64,000 nt of DNA from Syntrophales bacterium (GTDB lineage: Bacteria > Desulfobacterota > Syntrophia > Syntrophales > PHBD01): contig OY764159.1 of NCBI GenBank assembly GCA_963668175.1, positions 2,528,001 to 2,592,000 of the forward strand, read 5' to 3'. Positions 18,496 through 29,429 of the stretch are shown here, in pieces (position 1 is the first letter of the stretch; every line of letters begins with the position of its first letter). Both the position numbers and the translations under genes were made by a program. The notes beneath the pieces were generated by a model. The model did not search any database, had not been told where the DNA came from, and saw only the letters and a program-made list of their open reading frames with translations.

Positions 18496-19323
18496 ATGGC
18501 GCTCTACAGGGAACGCGACGGCAGACGTCTGCACGTGAAAAGCAAACTCATGGGCGAGTCCCTCGTGGGCAAGTCCTTTCTGGACGGCCTCAAGATTTCG
18601 CCGCAGCAGCGGCTCTTTCCGGACGTCAACGTGATCAAGATCGGCGGGCAGTCGATTTCCGACCGGGGGGCCAAGTACCTGCCCGCCCTGATCAAGGAGA
18701 TCGGCGCGGCCAAGAAGAAGCACCAGATGCTCGTTATGACCGGCGGCGGCACTAGGAGCCGCCACATCTATTCCATCGGCCTGGAACTCGGCATGCCGAC
18801 GGGCATCATCGCCAAGTTCGGAAGCTCCGTGTCGGAACAGAACGCGCTCCTCATCGCCACGCTCCTTTCCCCCTGGGGCGGCATCAAGATCGGCCACGAC
18901 GAAGTCCTGAAACTCTCGACCTACCTTGCCCAGGGCTGCATCCCCGTCATGCACGGCATGCCGCCCTACGACTATTTCGCCATCCCCGCGTCGAACCACA
19001 TCCCCATCCACCGGACCGACGTCGGCACCCTCATCGTCGCCGACCTGATCGGCGCGAAGAGCTGCATCCTGGTGAAGGACGAAAAGGGTCTCTTCACCGA
19101 CGATCCCAAAAAGAACGACCGGGCCGAATTCATCCCGGAGATCGGCGCGAAGACCCTGATGGAGATGGACCTGGACGACCTCGTCATCGAGCGCCCCTGC
19201 CTGGATATCCTCCAGAGGAGCGAGGTGATCGACCGGATCCAGATCGTCGACGGCCTGACGCCCGGCAATCTGACGAAGGCCCTCGCGGGCAAGCACGTCG
19301 GCACCATCGTCTACAAGGAATAA
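18496..19323 (+). CDS. Molybdenum storage protein (MoSto MosA/MosB)-like, amino-acid-kinase fold
   Basis: IKIGGQSISDRG, GGGTRSRHIYSIGLELGMPTG, EQNA, GMPPY, IPIHRTD, VKDEKGLFTDDPKK. Confidence 0.8.
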   Translation: MALYRERDGRRLHVKSKLMGESLVGKSFLDGLKISPQQRLFPDVNVIKIGGQSISDRGAKYLPALIKEIGAAKKKHQMLVMTGGGTRSRHIYSIGLELGMPTGIIAKFGSSVSEQNALLIATLLSPWGGIKIGHDEVLKLSTYLAQGCIPVMHGMPPYDYFAIPASNHIPIHRTDVGTLIVADLIGAKSCILVKDEKGLFTDDPKKNDRAEFIPEIGAKTLMEMDLDDLVIERPCLDILQRSEVIDRIQIVDGLTPGNLTKALAGKHVGTIVYKE

Positions 19324-19484
19324 CGCCGGGCGCCTTTGATGGCAGTGCCCGCGCCGCCGGGTTTATGTCCGGGAATGCCCCGATGCCCGGTGCCGGGACG
19401 TCCGGGAATGAACGTGCCTTGCCTTATCGCCGCCGCGCTGATATATCTCAAAACACACAACAATCATCCGCCAAGGAGGATGCC

Positions 19485-20357
19485 ATGAAAGATACCATGA
19501 AACAGGTGGTTGTCGCCATGATTCTGAATATGTTGTTGATTCTGCCCGCGTGGGCGGCCGGCGGAGGGAGCGGCTTCATCCTACTTTCGACGACGATCGG
19601 GCCCATCGATTCGGGCATTGTCGGCGTCCTGGAAGACGCCTTTGAGAAAGAGACGGGCATCCGCGTGCGCCACGTGGGCGCCGGGACGACGGCCGCCTTG
19701 GAACTGGCGAAGAAGGGCGAGATCGACGTCGTCATGGCCCATGCCAAGTCCGCGGAAGATGCCTTCGTCAAGGAGGGGTTCGGGACGGCGCGGTATCCCC
19801 TCATGTACAACGACTTCGTCATCGTCGGCCCGGCCGCGGACCCGGCGGGGATCAGGGGCATGGCGTCCGCCGCAGAGGCCTTGAAGACGGTTGCGGCGAA
19901 GGAGGCGCTCTTCGTCACCCGCGGCGACAAGTCGGGGACGCACCTGGCGGAGTTGGCGATCTGGCAGAAGGCGGGCGTGAAGCCCGTGGGCGGCTGGTAC
20001 CGCGTCTTCGAGAAAGGGGCCGAGGGGAACGTCCCGACGCTGCTCTACACCGACGCGCAGAAGGCTTATACCTTCATGGATCGGGCCACGTACCTGACGC
20101 TGGGAAACAAAATCAATCTTGCCGTCCTCGTCGAGAAGGACGAGGCGCTCCTGAACCGCATCACGCTCATTCCCGTCAATCCCAAGAAGCTCCCGAAGGC
20201 GAATTACGCCGACACGATGACGTTCGTCAACTGGCTCACCGACCCCGGCAAGGGCCAGCTCGTCATCCGCGACTTCGGCCGCGACAAATACGGAAGCCCC
20301 TTGTTCTTCCCCGACTCCGAGGCGTGGGTGAAGGAGCAGGGGAAGCAATCGAGGTGA
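19485..20357 (+). CDS. tupA: Tungstate-binding periplasmic protein (TupA family)
   Basis: Signal peptide; DSG, YNDFVIVGPAADPAG, RGDKSGTH, YTFMDRATY, FGRDKYGSPLFFP. Confidence 0.85.
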   Translation: MKDTMKQVVVAMILNMLLILPAWAAGGGSGFILLSTTIGPIDSGIVGVLEDAFEKETGIRVRHVGAGTTAALELAKKGEIDVVMAHAKSAEDAFVKEGFGTARYPLMYNDFVIVGPAADPAGIRGMASAAEALKTVAAKEALFVTRGDKSGTHLAELAIWQKAGVKPVGGWYRVFEKGAEGNVPTLLYTDAQKAYTFMDRATYLTLGNKINLAVLVEKDEALLNRITLIPVNPKKLPKANYADTMTFVNWLTDPGKGQLVIRDFGRDKYGSPLFFPDSEAWVKEQGKQSR

Positions 20358-20448
20358 GCAGGGGGGGCGGGGGGGGCTGCCGGATTGACGATTCCTGATA
20401 ATGAAGGAAGCGCGCCTTAAAAGCGTCAGGACAGATTAAGGTTAAGGT

Positions 20449-21129
20449 ATGATTGATTGGTGCGAAAAAAATTCTTGGGTAGCTGTTTTTGACATCCTCG
20501 GCTTCAAAGAACAGATTCGTCAATCTGGCAAAGAATTACAGCGACATTTATTAAAGAGTAAGCTCGATAACCTGTTAAAAGAATTGGAAGATGAAGTAAG
20601 GAGTCTTGGGAAACTAGAGTATGTTATCTTCTCCGATACGATCGTTATTTTTGCTCCTGATTTAGAACCACGTTCGTATCCATTCTTTCTCCTTCAATGT
20701 ACGAAATTTATAGAGAACTCCATAACCATCAGATTGCCCGTCAGGGGTGCCATTAGTGTTGGGAAATCTTTCATTTCCCATTCGCCAGTCATGCTCATAG
20801 GTCCATCTTTCCTTGAAGCCTATGAATACTGCGAAGATCAGAACTGGATTGGACTTCTGCTGAGTCCTTCTGCTACACTTGAATTACGAGAAGCCGAACT
20901 AGAACCACAACGGCATAACTTCATATCGGACGATGCTGACATCCCACTCAGAAAACAGGCAAAGACTAATATCTTGGCATATCGATTTCAAAATGGAGAA
21001 TCAAATCATGAAAGCCATTTACTCCCTTATCTGGAAGAAATGGCGCATTTTGCCGCTGACAAGAATAAAGAAAAATATTGGAAGACGATTGATTTCATTA
21101 AGAAACACTATAAATATATAAACCGTTAA
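20449..21129 (+). CDS. AT-rich hypothetical protein, class III nucleotide-cyclase-like fold
   Basis: VFDILGFK, FSDTIVI, PVRGAISVG, GPSFLEAYE.E pattern; composition visibly more AT-rich than neighbours. Confidence 0.55.
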   Translation: MIDWCEKNSWVAVFDILGFKEQIRQSGKELQRHLLKSKLDNLLKELEDEVRSLGKLEYVIFSDTIVIFAPDLEPRSYPFFLLQCTKFIENSITIRLPVRGAISVGKSFISHSPVMLIGPSFLEAYEYCEDQNWIGLLLSPSATLELREAELEPQRHNFISDDADIPLRKQAKTNILAYRFQNGESNHESHLLPYLEEMAHFAADKNKEKYWKTIDFIKKHYKYINR

Positions 21130-21230
21130 TGCATAAATCAAGATGGTTTTCGCCTTGAAAAATCGGCCGTTTTCCGTGCTTTTGGTGTGGGTAAAATATT
21201 TTAACGGTAGGATTAATATTAGCCCTGTCG

Positions 21231-21370
21231 GGCATCGCCTAAGCGTTGCGTCGTTGGCAACGGCCAGACAGCGGCCATTCTAGAAGCTTCCGGCATTGGC
21301 GACCAGGGTGTTTTGAAAACGCCCGACGCCGTGGGCCTCGTGCATATGGCCGCAAATGCAAAGGCCGACG
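21231..21370. repeat. About 140-bp direct repeat R1, copy 1
   Basis: GGCATCGCC.TAAGCGTTGCGTCGTTGGCAACGGC...GAAGCTT.CGGCATTGGCG...GTTTTGAAAA...AAGGCCGACG shared with 23261-23401. Confidence 0.85.
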
Positions 21371-21427
21371 GGATTCGCTTCGAGAAAAGCCATGACGCTG
21401 CGGTTGCCTACCCGCCGGGGTTCCTTT

Positions 21428-21760
21428 TCACATATTGTTGATCAGGCGGTAATACTCCCTGATGTTGCGGATCGATTCCATCGTGGCCTGGTAGAGGAAC
21501 CAGCTCAGGATGAGGATGACGATGGTGAGGCCGATCTTCCACGCCCGCGATGTGCCGGGGCGGAGCCAGATCAGGGGCAGGGCCAGGGGGCCGACGCACA
21601 GGACCGCAATGACGATGAAGGCGGTCCGGAAGTAGAAGGGAACCTTTTCCTTGGCAAGGCATGGTGGGCCGGGCCTCGCGGATGAGAGAAATTCACCGCA
21701 GTGCTTGCACTTGATGGCGGCGTCCTGGATGTCCTCGGCGCAGTAGGGGCACTTCTTCAT
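21428..21760 (-). CDS. Zinc-ribbon membrane protein
   Basis: KKCPYCAEDIQDAAIKCKHCGE followed by two transmembrane helices. Confidence 0.85.
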   Translation of the reverse strand: MKKCPYCAEDIQDAAIKCKHCGEFLSSARPGPPCLAKEKVPFYFRTAFIVIAVLCVGPLALPLIWLRPGTSRAWKIGLTIVILILSWFLYQATMESIRNIREYYRLINNM

Positions 21761-21795
21761 GATCGCCTCGCTTCTTTGGGCCTCGCGTCGGTCAG

Positions 21796-21848
21796 ACTAT
21801 ATAGAAACGCCGCGCGGGAGTCAAGATCGCGGTGATCTTCGCGAATCG
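21796..21848 (-). promoter_or_regulatory. 53-bp repeat R2, copy 1, containing a sigma-70 promoter
   Basis: Minus strand TTGACT-17 bp-TATAGT; near-identical to 24284-24336. Confidence 0.75.
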
Positions 21849-21882
21849 CCTCGCCATGAAGGAAGGGAGCCTGGCGCATCGG

Positions 21883-21931
21883 CCGCGACTTCGGCCGCGA
21901 CAAGTTCGGCAGCCCGCTCCGTCTCCCGGAC
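21883..21931 (+). repeat. Degenerate copy A of the tupA 3' end
   Basis: CCGCGACTTCGGCCGCGACAAGTTCGGCAGCCCGCTC resembles tupA 20267-20315. Confidence 0.75.
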
Positions 21932-22053
21932 AAGAGTATTGTCTTGACTTTACGGGATGAAGGGAAGATGATATCCCCATAGTCGCATAGCGAGGCTGAG
22001 GGGGTAAATCTCTCCGGGACCTCCGCCCCACAGAGGGGCCGAATATACTGTTG

Positions 22054-22092
22054 AAACCCTGTCTATTACGATTAGATGGGGTTTTTGTTTTT
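22054..22092 (+). terminator. Intrinsic terminator-like hairpin upstream of the YodL-like gene
   Basis: AAACCCTGTCTA...TAGATGGGGTTT followed by a T-rich run. Confidence 0.55.
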
Positions 22093-22126
22093 GAACGGGC
22101 TTCAATAACAGGGAGAGGGGAAGACG

Positions 22127-22423
22127 ATGAAGACATATACGATCTGGTATAGGAAGGAGCCGACCTATTGGTTCGACCGCGGCCTGAAGGTCGAGGATGT
22201 TTACAGCGCGTGTTTCAGAGTCGGTCAGATTCAAGCCGCTTGCCTGGACGAAGTATTTCAGAATCAGCAGGCGGAGGTTTGGAATCGCGAGGAAGAAAGG
22301 AAAATGACGGAAATCGTAAAAAGATGGGGATTGCGCGATGCCTCCATGAGCGTGGGAGATATCGCGGAGGTCGACGGAAAATTCTATCAGGTCGCCCTGT
22401 CTTGCTGGAAACAGATGGATTGA
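22127..22423 (+). CDS. Small YodL-like hypothetical protein
   Basis: LDEVF...SMSVGDIAEVDGKFYQV motif; purine-rich SD. Confidence 0.6.
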   Translation: MKTYTIWYRKEPTYWFDRGLKVEDVYSACFRVGQIQAACLDEVFQNQQAEVWNREEERKMTEIVKRWGLRDASMSVGDIAEVDGKFYQVALSCWKQMD

Positions 22424-22779
22424 TGCGAGAGAGGGCATGGGCGCGACGCTTTGCCCGTCGTGCGGCGGACACCGGGCAAGGATGCCTCTTCCCGAAGGAG
22501 GCCCCGATTCGGGAGATGCGTCGCAGAAGCCGGAAACGGATTAAAGCAATACTCCCGACAAAAACAATATTCGTGTAAAAAACAGACGATGCCCATGCGA
22601 ATCGAACCAGCCGGGGAAGGGGAAAAGGGCCGGTTCGACGAATTGCTGCGCCCGAAACAGTCCGTTTTACCCCGACGCCTTGACGTTCGTCCGGCGTATT
22701 CGATATCCCCGCGCGATACGAAGTCGAGGCCCCGCTCGACGCTGTGGGCGCGTGCGGCAAAGTTGAGAATGGGAAGGAT

Positions 22780-23250
22780 ATGAAAATTTACGTCGATGCG
22801 GACGGTTTCCCCACGGCGGCCAAGGACATCCTGGTCCGGGCGGCCCTGCGTTTGAGCATTTCCGCGGTCTTCGTCTCCAACAAGCCTATCCGCCTCGAAA
22901 CATCGGCGCTCTTTTCGCACGTCCTGGTTCCCGAGGGACCGGATATCGCCGACGACCGTATCGTTGCGCTGGTCGCGCCCGGCGATCTCGTCGTGACGGC
23001 GGACATACCGCTTGCGGACCGCGTCGTGGCGAAGGGCGCCTTCGCCATCAACCCGCGAGGGAAGCTCTACACGGAGGATAACGTCAAAGACCGGCTCGCC
23101 GTCCGCGATCTCCTGAGCGGCCTCCGGGACGGCGGCCTGATGACGGGCGGCCCGCCGGCCTACGGCCGGAAAGACTGCCAGGCCTTTGCCGCGCAATTGG
23201 ATCGATTTCTTGTCAAGGCCGTGGCGAATAAGACCAAAAACACGGGATGA
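22780..23250 (+). CDS. YaiI/YqxD (DUF188) family protein
   Basis: MKIYVDADG.P, VTADIPLA, NPRGKLYT, GGPP. Confidence 0.92.
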   Translation: MKIYVDADGFPTAAKDILVRAALRLSISAVFVSNKPIRLETSALFSHVLVPEGPDIADDRIVALVAPGDLVVTADIPLADRVVAKGAFAINPRGKLYTEDNVKDRLAVRDLLSGLRDGGLMTGGPPAYGRKDCQAFAAQLDRFLVKAVANKTKNTG

Positions 23251-23260
23251 GATCGCGACA

Positions 23261-23401
23261 GGCATCGCCGTAAGCGTTGCGTCGTTGGCAACGGCGGGAC
23301 AGCGCCCTCTCTTGAAGCTTTCGGCATTGGCGGCCAACGGGTTTTGAAAAAACAAAACGGTCCGCGCCTCGTGAATGCAGCCGCAAAGGGTAAGGCCGAC
23401 G
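23261..23401. repeat. About 140-bp direct repeat R1, copy 2
   Basis: Similar to 21231-21370. Confidence 0.85.
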
Positions 23402-23518
23402 ATGCAAGTTCCGTGGACGGCCTTCTCCATTCCTAAACGGTGAAGACGTCTTCGCATGGCATCGCGGCCTCGCCCGGTGCTCCGGGCGCGAAGTAAGGCC
23501 CTGCCGCCGGTTCGGAGC

Positions 23519-24214
23519 TTATTGGGCTGCCGTCTGCTCTTTCAGCCAGGCGACGGCGGCCGCGTTCACCTCGGATTCGTGGCCCTCGTATTCGTGCCGG
23601 GCGCCGGGAATGGGCACCTGTTTGTAACGGGGCGAGGCAAACCGCTTGCGGAAATCGGCGGCCTTGGCGTCCCGGCCGCTGTCCGCGTACACGTCCAGCA
23701 CCGGGATTTTCACCCTGCGGATGGTGGCGTTGGCGTTAAGGGGCTCTTCACCGCCTCCCAGCAGCCCCACGGCGATGAAACCGGCAACGCCGCTGTCCGG
23801 TCGATCGGCCAGGAAGGCGCAGGCCATGCGTCCCCCCATGCTGTAGCCCATGAGGTACACACGCGCGACGCCCTTCTCGTTTTTCAGGAAATCGACGGCC
23901 TTTTGGATGCGTTCGTACGCATCGGGAAACGTCGCGGCATAGTAATGCGCCTGCTCCATGGTCTTCCTGCCCGAAACGACCGGCATCTGCAGCGACAGCG
24001 TATGGAAGCCGAGTTCCTGGTGGATGGTCTTCCTCATGGAGCCGACCACCAGGGAATCGGGATCGGCGCCCTGGCCGTGCGCCAGGATCACGCCGATCCT
24101 GGAGCCCTTGCCGTCCAGATATTTCCCGTCGGGCATGTCGGCGGCATGAACGGCGCCCGTCAGAATCATGAAAATTCCCGCAATAAACAGCGTCGAAGTC
24201 CTTGTCCGGCTCAT
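23519..24214 (-). CDS. Secreted alpha/beta hydrolase (DUF3530-like)
   Basis: Signal peptide, VILAHG, HTLSLQMP, GYSMG, PVLDVY, GARH. Confidence 0.8.
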   Translation of the reverse strand: MSRTRTSTLFIAGIFMILTGAVHAADMPDGKYLDGKGSRIGVILAHGQGADPDSLVVGSMRKTIHQELGFHTLSLQMPVVSGRKTMEQAHYYAATFPDAYERIQKAVDFLKNEKGVARVYLMGYSMGGRMACAFLADRPDSGVAGFIAVGLLGGGEEPLNANATIRRVKIPVLDVYADSGRDAKAADFRKRFASPRYKQVPIPGARHEYEGHESEVNAAAVAWLKEQTAAQ

Positions 24215-24283
24215 TCCGTACTCCTTTCCTGATTGTGGGTGAAATGGCGACAGATCGGCAGTCCCTGCCCGGCGTCGGTTCCA

Positions 24284-24336
24284 ACTATATCGAAACGCCG
24301 CGCGGGAGTCAAGGACGCGGCGATCTTCGTGAATCG
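24284..24336 (-). promoter_or_regulatory. 53-bp repeat R2, copy 2, containing a sigma-70 promoter
   Basis: Minus strand TTGACT-17 bp-TATAGT upstream of the hydrolase. Confidence 0.75.
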
Positions 24337-24369
24337 GCTTATATGATCGGTAACGGAATGTAGTTAGCG

Positions 24370-24445
24370 CTTCGGCCGCGACAAATACGGCAGTCCGCTC
24401 TTCTTCCCGGACTCCGACGCGTGGGTGAAGGCACAGAAGAAGTGA
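24370..24445 (+). pseudogene. Displaced copy B of the tupA 3' end
   Basis: Encodes FGRDKYGSPLFFPDSDAWVKAQKK* versus tupA FGRDKYGSPLFFPDSEAWVKEQGKQSR*; many differences are synonymous. Confidence 0.9.
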
Positions 24446-24514
24446 AGCGGGGGAGGGCAGGGTGATAAGCGTCCCGGCTTTTTAAGATGACATCGACACA
24501 GACTCGGAAGGCAT

Positions 24515-24547
24515 AAAAAAGGGCGGAGCCGATATGGCGCCGCCCTT
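24515..24547 (-). terminator. Intrinsic terminator after the PEP-CTERM gene
   Basis: AAAAAAGGGCGG...CCGCCCTT hairpin with a T tract on the minus strand. Confidence 0.65.
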
Positions 24548-24571
24548 CCGTTTTTGCATTTTGTGTGTAAG

Positions 24572-25159
24572 CTATTTCCGGAACTTTTTCCTTATAACGG
24601 CGGCACCGGCAAGGCCGAGGCCGAGAAGCAGCATCGTGGCGGGCTCGGGAACGGCGGCCGTGCTGTCGGCGGTGGCGTGGATATGGAAATAATAGGAGAT
24701 ATAATAACCGACAACGGCAGAACCGTATATATCCAAATATTGATCGGTCAGCGTACCCTTCAAAATGGAAGGTTCGCCTGTCACAACAATGAATCCGTGT
24801 TCATCCGGGCTCGTCAAATCCAGCCAACTGCTTCCGTCGAATACCGATCCGGTGAACGTCCCGTAATATTTGTCGGGAAACACGAACGGGCCATACGGCA
24901 GCCAGGAAGACTGCATGTTGGTGCCCTGGAGGGTCACAAGGGTCTTATTCACCCAAGGCAGGTCGATATAGTTGTCTATCCGTCCGTAAGTCAGGGAACC
25001 GGACAGGGAATATTGACGTGTAACATCCGAAAAGTAATAACCGGACGCATCGGTAATATAACTCTGCGTCGGGTCGATGGTATAGGTGCCGGCCGCGGCT
25101 GTCACCGGGATCGCGACGAAGAGGAACATGAAGCAAACCAGGATAAACACTCTTCTCAT
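24572..25159 (-). CDS. PEP-CTERM sorting-domain surface protein
   Basis: Signal peptide; C-terminal VPEPATMLLLGLGLAGAAVIRKKFRK. Confidence 0.95.
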   Translation of the reverse strand: MRRVFILVCFMFLFVAIPVTAAAGTYTIDPTQSYITDASGYYFSDVTRQYSLSGSLTYGRIDNYIDLPWVNKTLVTLQGTNMQSSWLPYGPFVFPDKYYGTFTGSVFDGSSWLDLTSPDEHGFIVVTGEPSILKGTLTDQYLDIYGSAVVGYYISYYFHIHATADSTAAVPEPATMLLLGLGLAGAAVIRKKFRK

Positions 25160-25192
25160 AAGGGCCTCCTGATAAAATAATCATAAAAAATA

Positions 25193-25380
25193 AGCAATAT
25201 ATATACCATAAATGTAAGTGTTTCTGTTTGCTTGATATCCGTTGCCGGGCCGGTCGTTTTAATGGACAGGAATATCAATAAAATTTACACTATTCTATGG
25301 ATATTCAAGCGATAAGGGAAAAATTGTCATATTATGCAGGAGGTTACGCTGATAATTACTATATGTAAAGAATATCGACA
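25193..25380 (-). promoter_or_regulatory. Sigma-54 promoter plus putative PEP-CTERM enhancer boxes
   Basis: Minus strand TGGTATATATATTGCT (25193-25208); TTTACA-containing box near 25273-25290 and TGTAAAGAATATCGACA (25364-25380). Confidence 0.7.
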
Positions 25381-25463
25381 TTTTAGCCGGGACAAATTGT
25401 CTTGACAGGTCTCGAACCATCTGTTTTATTTCTGTTATACAAATCTTTTTCAGGGAGCCTTCC

Positions 25464-26297
25464 ATGTCGCTGACGATTGAAAAGAACCGCATCGCCGGAG
25501 AACTCGACAAATACATCAAGGGAAAGCACGACGCCGACAAGGTCAAAATAGCTACGGTCTGCAAGATGACCGTGGGGCTCGCGATCAGCTTCACCGAACT
25601 CTTGAAGGCACTGAAGGCCTTCCGGCAGGAACTGACGGTGCTCGTCGGCAAGAAGAATGAGAAACGCTGGTTCACCCACTCCGCCGGGCAACTCGACAAG
25701 ATCCTGGCGAAGGGGATCGAGAACTGCACCAAGCCCGCCGAAAACGAGCAGGGGCTGGCCCACGGGATGAAGCGCGCGCCTACGACGACCGTGAAGGACT
25801 GGAACCGCAACTCGGGCAACACGGAATTCCTCGTCAACAACCAGGCTTTCAAGCAGAAGACGGCCACCATCGAGGATATCCGGGGATTCCTCCAGCAGTC
25901 CGGAATCGCCAACGCGCACATCCGCGACTTCCTGTGCGAGTACTTCAACCAGGACGGCCTTTTGGGCATGGGGCACGCGTTCGGCATGGTGGTGACCAGC
26001 GAAACGGGCATGTCCCCGAGCTTCAGCGGCGCGTATCACGCCATCAAGACCGTGTCGTCCCGCAGCGTGTCGTGTTACGACCGGGCGGAATTCTCGTCCC
26101 TTGTCGATATGAAAGCCGGCAGAATCACGAATCTCAAGACCCCGCTGCAATTCATCACGATTTTCAACCTGGTGGACGACGGCCGGGACGTCCAGATGTC
26201 CGATGTCGAATACGCCATCGGCAACTTGAACGGCGTCGCCAAGGACCTCCAGCCCAAAATCGAGGCCGCCATCAAGAAGATCAACAGCCTCACGTGA
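25464..26297 (+). CDS. Hypothetical protein (277 aa)
   Basis: GGGAG SD, strongly GC3-biased codons; no recognised family. Confidence 0.8.
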   Translation: MSLTIEKNRIAGELDKYIKGKHDADKVKIATVCKMTVGLAISFTELLKALKAFRQELTVLVGKKNEKRWFTHSAGQLDKILAKGIENCTKPAENEQGLAHGMKRAPTTTVKDWNRNSGNTEFLVNNQAFKQKTATIEDIRGFLQQSGIANAHIRDFLCEYFNQDGLLGMGHAFGMVVTSETGMSPSFSGAYHAIKTVSSRSVSCYDRAEFSSLVDMKAGRITNLKTPLQFITIFNLVDDGRDVQMSDVEYAIGNLNGVAKDLQPKIEAAIKKINSLT

Positions 26298-26385
26298 GGG
26301 CGGATGTTTGCTTTAAGAGGACAATAAACCTGTCCCTTTATCGTGCCGTCCGAATCGGCAAGCAAAAGAGAATAGGACAACCGGC

Positions 26386-28168
<1,783 letters not shown>

Positions 28169-28178
28169 CGTCGCCTCC

Positions 28179-28673
28179 TTATTTGCCGTTGTATTGTTCG
28201 TCGGTGACCTTCTCCATCCATTCCACGTTCTTGCCGCCCTGCGTTCCCGTGATGGCGATATGCGTCATGGCGGTGGTGGGCGACGCCCCGTGCCAGTGCT
28301 TGACGTTGGGCGGGCACGTGATGACGTCCCCCGTCTTGATCTCCACGATCGGGCCTCCCCACTCCTGCGTGCGTCCGACGCCGGAGGTGACGATCAGGCG
28401 CTGGCCGGCCGGGTGGATGTGCCATGCGGACCTCGCGCCCGGCTCGAAGGTGACGTAAGAGCCGGAATAGGGCGCCGAATCGCTGGCGGGGAAGAGCGGG
28501 TCGACGCGGACGCTGCCGGTGAAATATTCGGCGGACCCCTTGGCGGATGGCTGGGAGCCCGCGCGAGACACGGTCTGCGACTTCTGGTCCGCCTCTGCGG
28601 CTTTCACCTCTCCCATTAAGGCACCCGTCGAGGCGATGACCGAAAGCATAAAGAGCATGGCTGCGTATTTCAT
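28179..28673 (-). CDS. Cupin domain protein with signal peptide
   Basis: [39 protein letters not shown]. Confidence 0.92.
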   Translation of the reverse strand: MKYAAMLFMLSVIASTGALMGEVKAAEADQKSQTVSRAGSQPSAKGSAEYFTGSVRVDPLFPASDSAPYSGSYVTFEPGARSAWHIHPAGQRLIVTSGVGRTQEWGGPIVEIKTGDVITCPPNVKHWHGASPTTAMTHIAITGTQGGKNVEWMEKVTDEQYNGK

Positions 28674-28735
28674 TTTTCCCTCCTTGCGATGGTTTGTCGA
28701 GAAAGTCCGTGGATGCTGCGAACGGCCGCCGGGTG

Positions 28736-29233
28736 TTATTCCTCCCGGAGTTTGCCGAGCCAGGCGTCGAGAGCGCGATCGACGTCGCCCTTCCGGGTCC
28801 GCTTTGGGCTGTGCAACTCGATGCCTTCGAGGACGAGGGCGTTTTTCGCTTGCTTCCCGAAGTCCGAAAGCGTCTTCCCGGGTCCGCCCTCGTGGGTGCA
28901 GAAGGCGGCGGCTTTCCTACCTGCGAAGTCCGCCTGTTTCAGAAAGCTCATCACCGGTGTCGATAACGTGTACCACCACACCGGGCCGCCGACCAGGACG
29001 AGACCGTACGGCGCCATGTCGGGCGCTTTATCCGTGAGCGCCGGCAGTTCGCCCGCGTCAAGCTCCCGCTTGGCCTCCTCTGTCAGCGCGGAATACCCGG
29101 CGGGATAGGTCCGCACGGTCTCGATCTCCACGATATCCGCCCCGGTCTTCTCCCGTAACTTATCCGCGATGCTTTTTGTCGTTCCCGTATGGGAATAGTA
29201 AACGATCAGCATCTTTGCATCGTGTTCGGTCAT
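28736..29233 (-). CDS. Flavodoxin
   Basis: [22 protein letters not shown]. Confidence 0.9.
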   Translation of the reverse strand: MTEHDAKMLIVYYSHTGTTKSIADKLREKTGADIVEIETVRTYPAGYSALTEEAKRELDAGELPALTDKAPDMAPYGLVLVGGPVWWYTLSTPVMSFLKQADFAGRKAAAFCTHEGGPGKTLSDFGKQAKNALVLEGIELHSPKRTRKGDVDRALDAWLGKLREE

Positions 29234-29429
29234 ATCCTTTTTGCTCCTTGAAAGCTTTGTTGGGGAAAATATAGCCCCGCCCGTCTCCGATTGCTAGATA
29301 CGATCCTGCCCAATTCTTGCCCAATTCTATCCGGGGACTAGCCAAATGGCATCAATCGTGGTATGGATATTTGCAGAGGCGATTCATGATAATCTTGAAA
29401 AAGAAATGAATACGGTGGGATATTACGAT

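Noticed and set aside
18496..19323. pyrH (UMP kinase)
   Set aside because: Same fold, but the motifs (IGGQS..DRG, RHIY, GMPPY, HRTD) and the tungstate context fit MoSto-like proteins; not in the tsf-frr context.
20361..20376. G-run after the tupA stop as a G-quadruplex or phase-variation tract
   Set aside because: Intergenic, only two runs, and homopolymers are error-prone; no supporting evidence.
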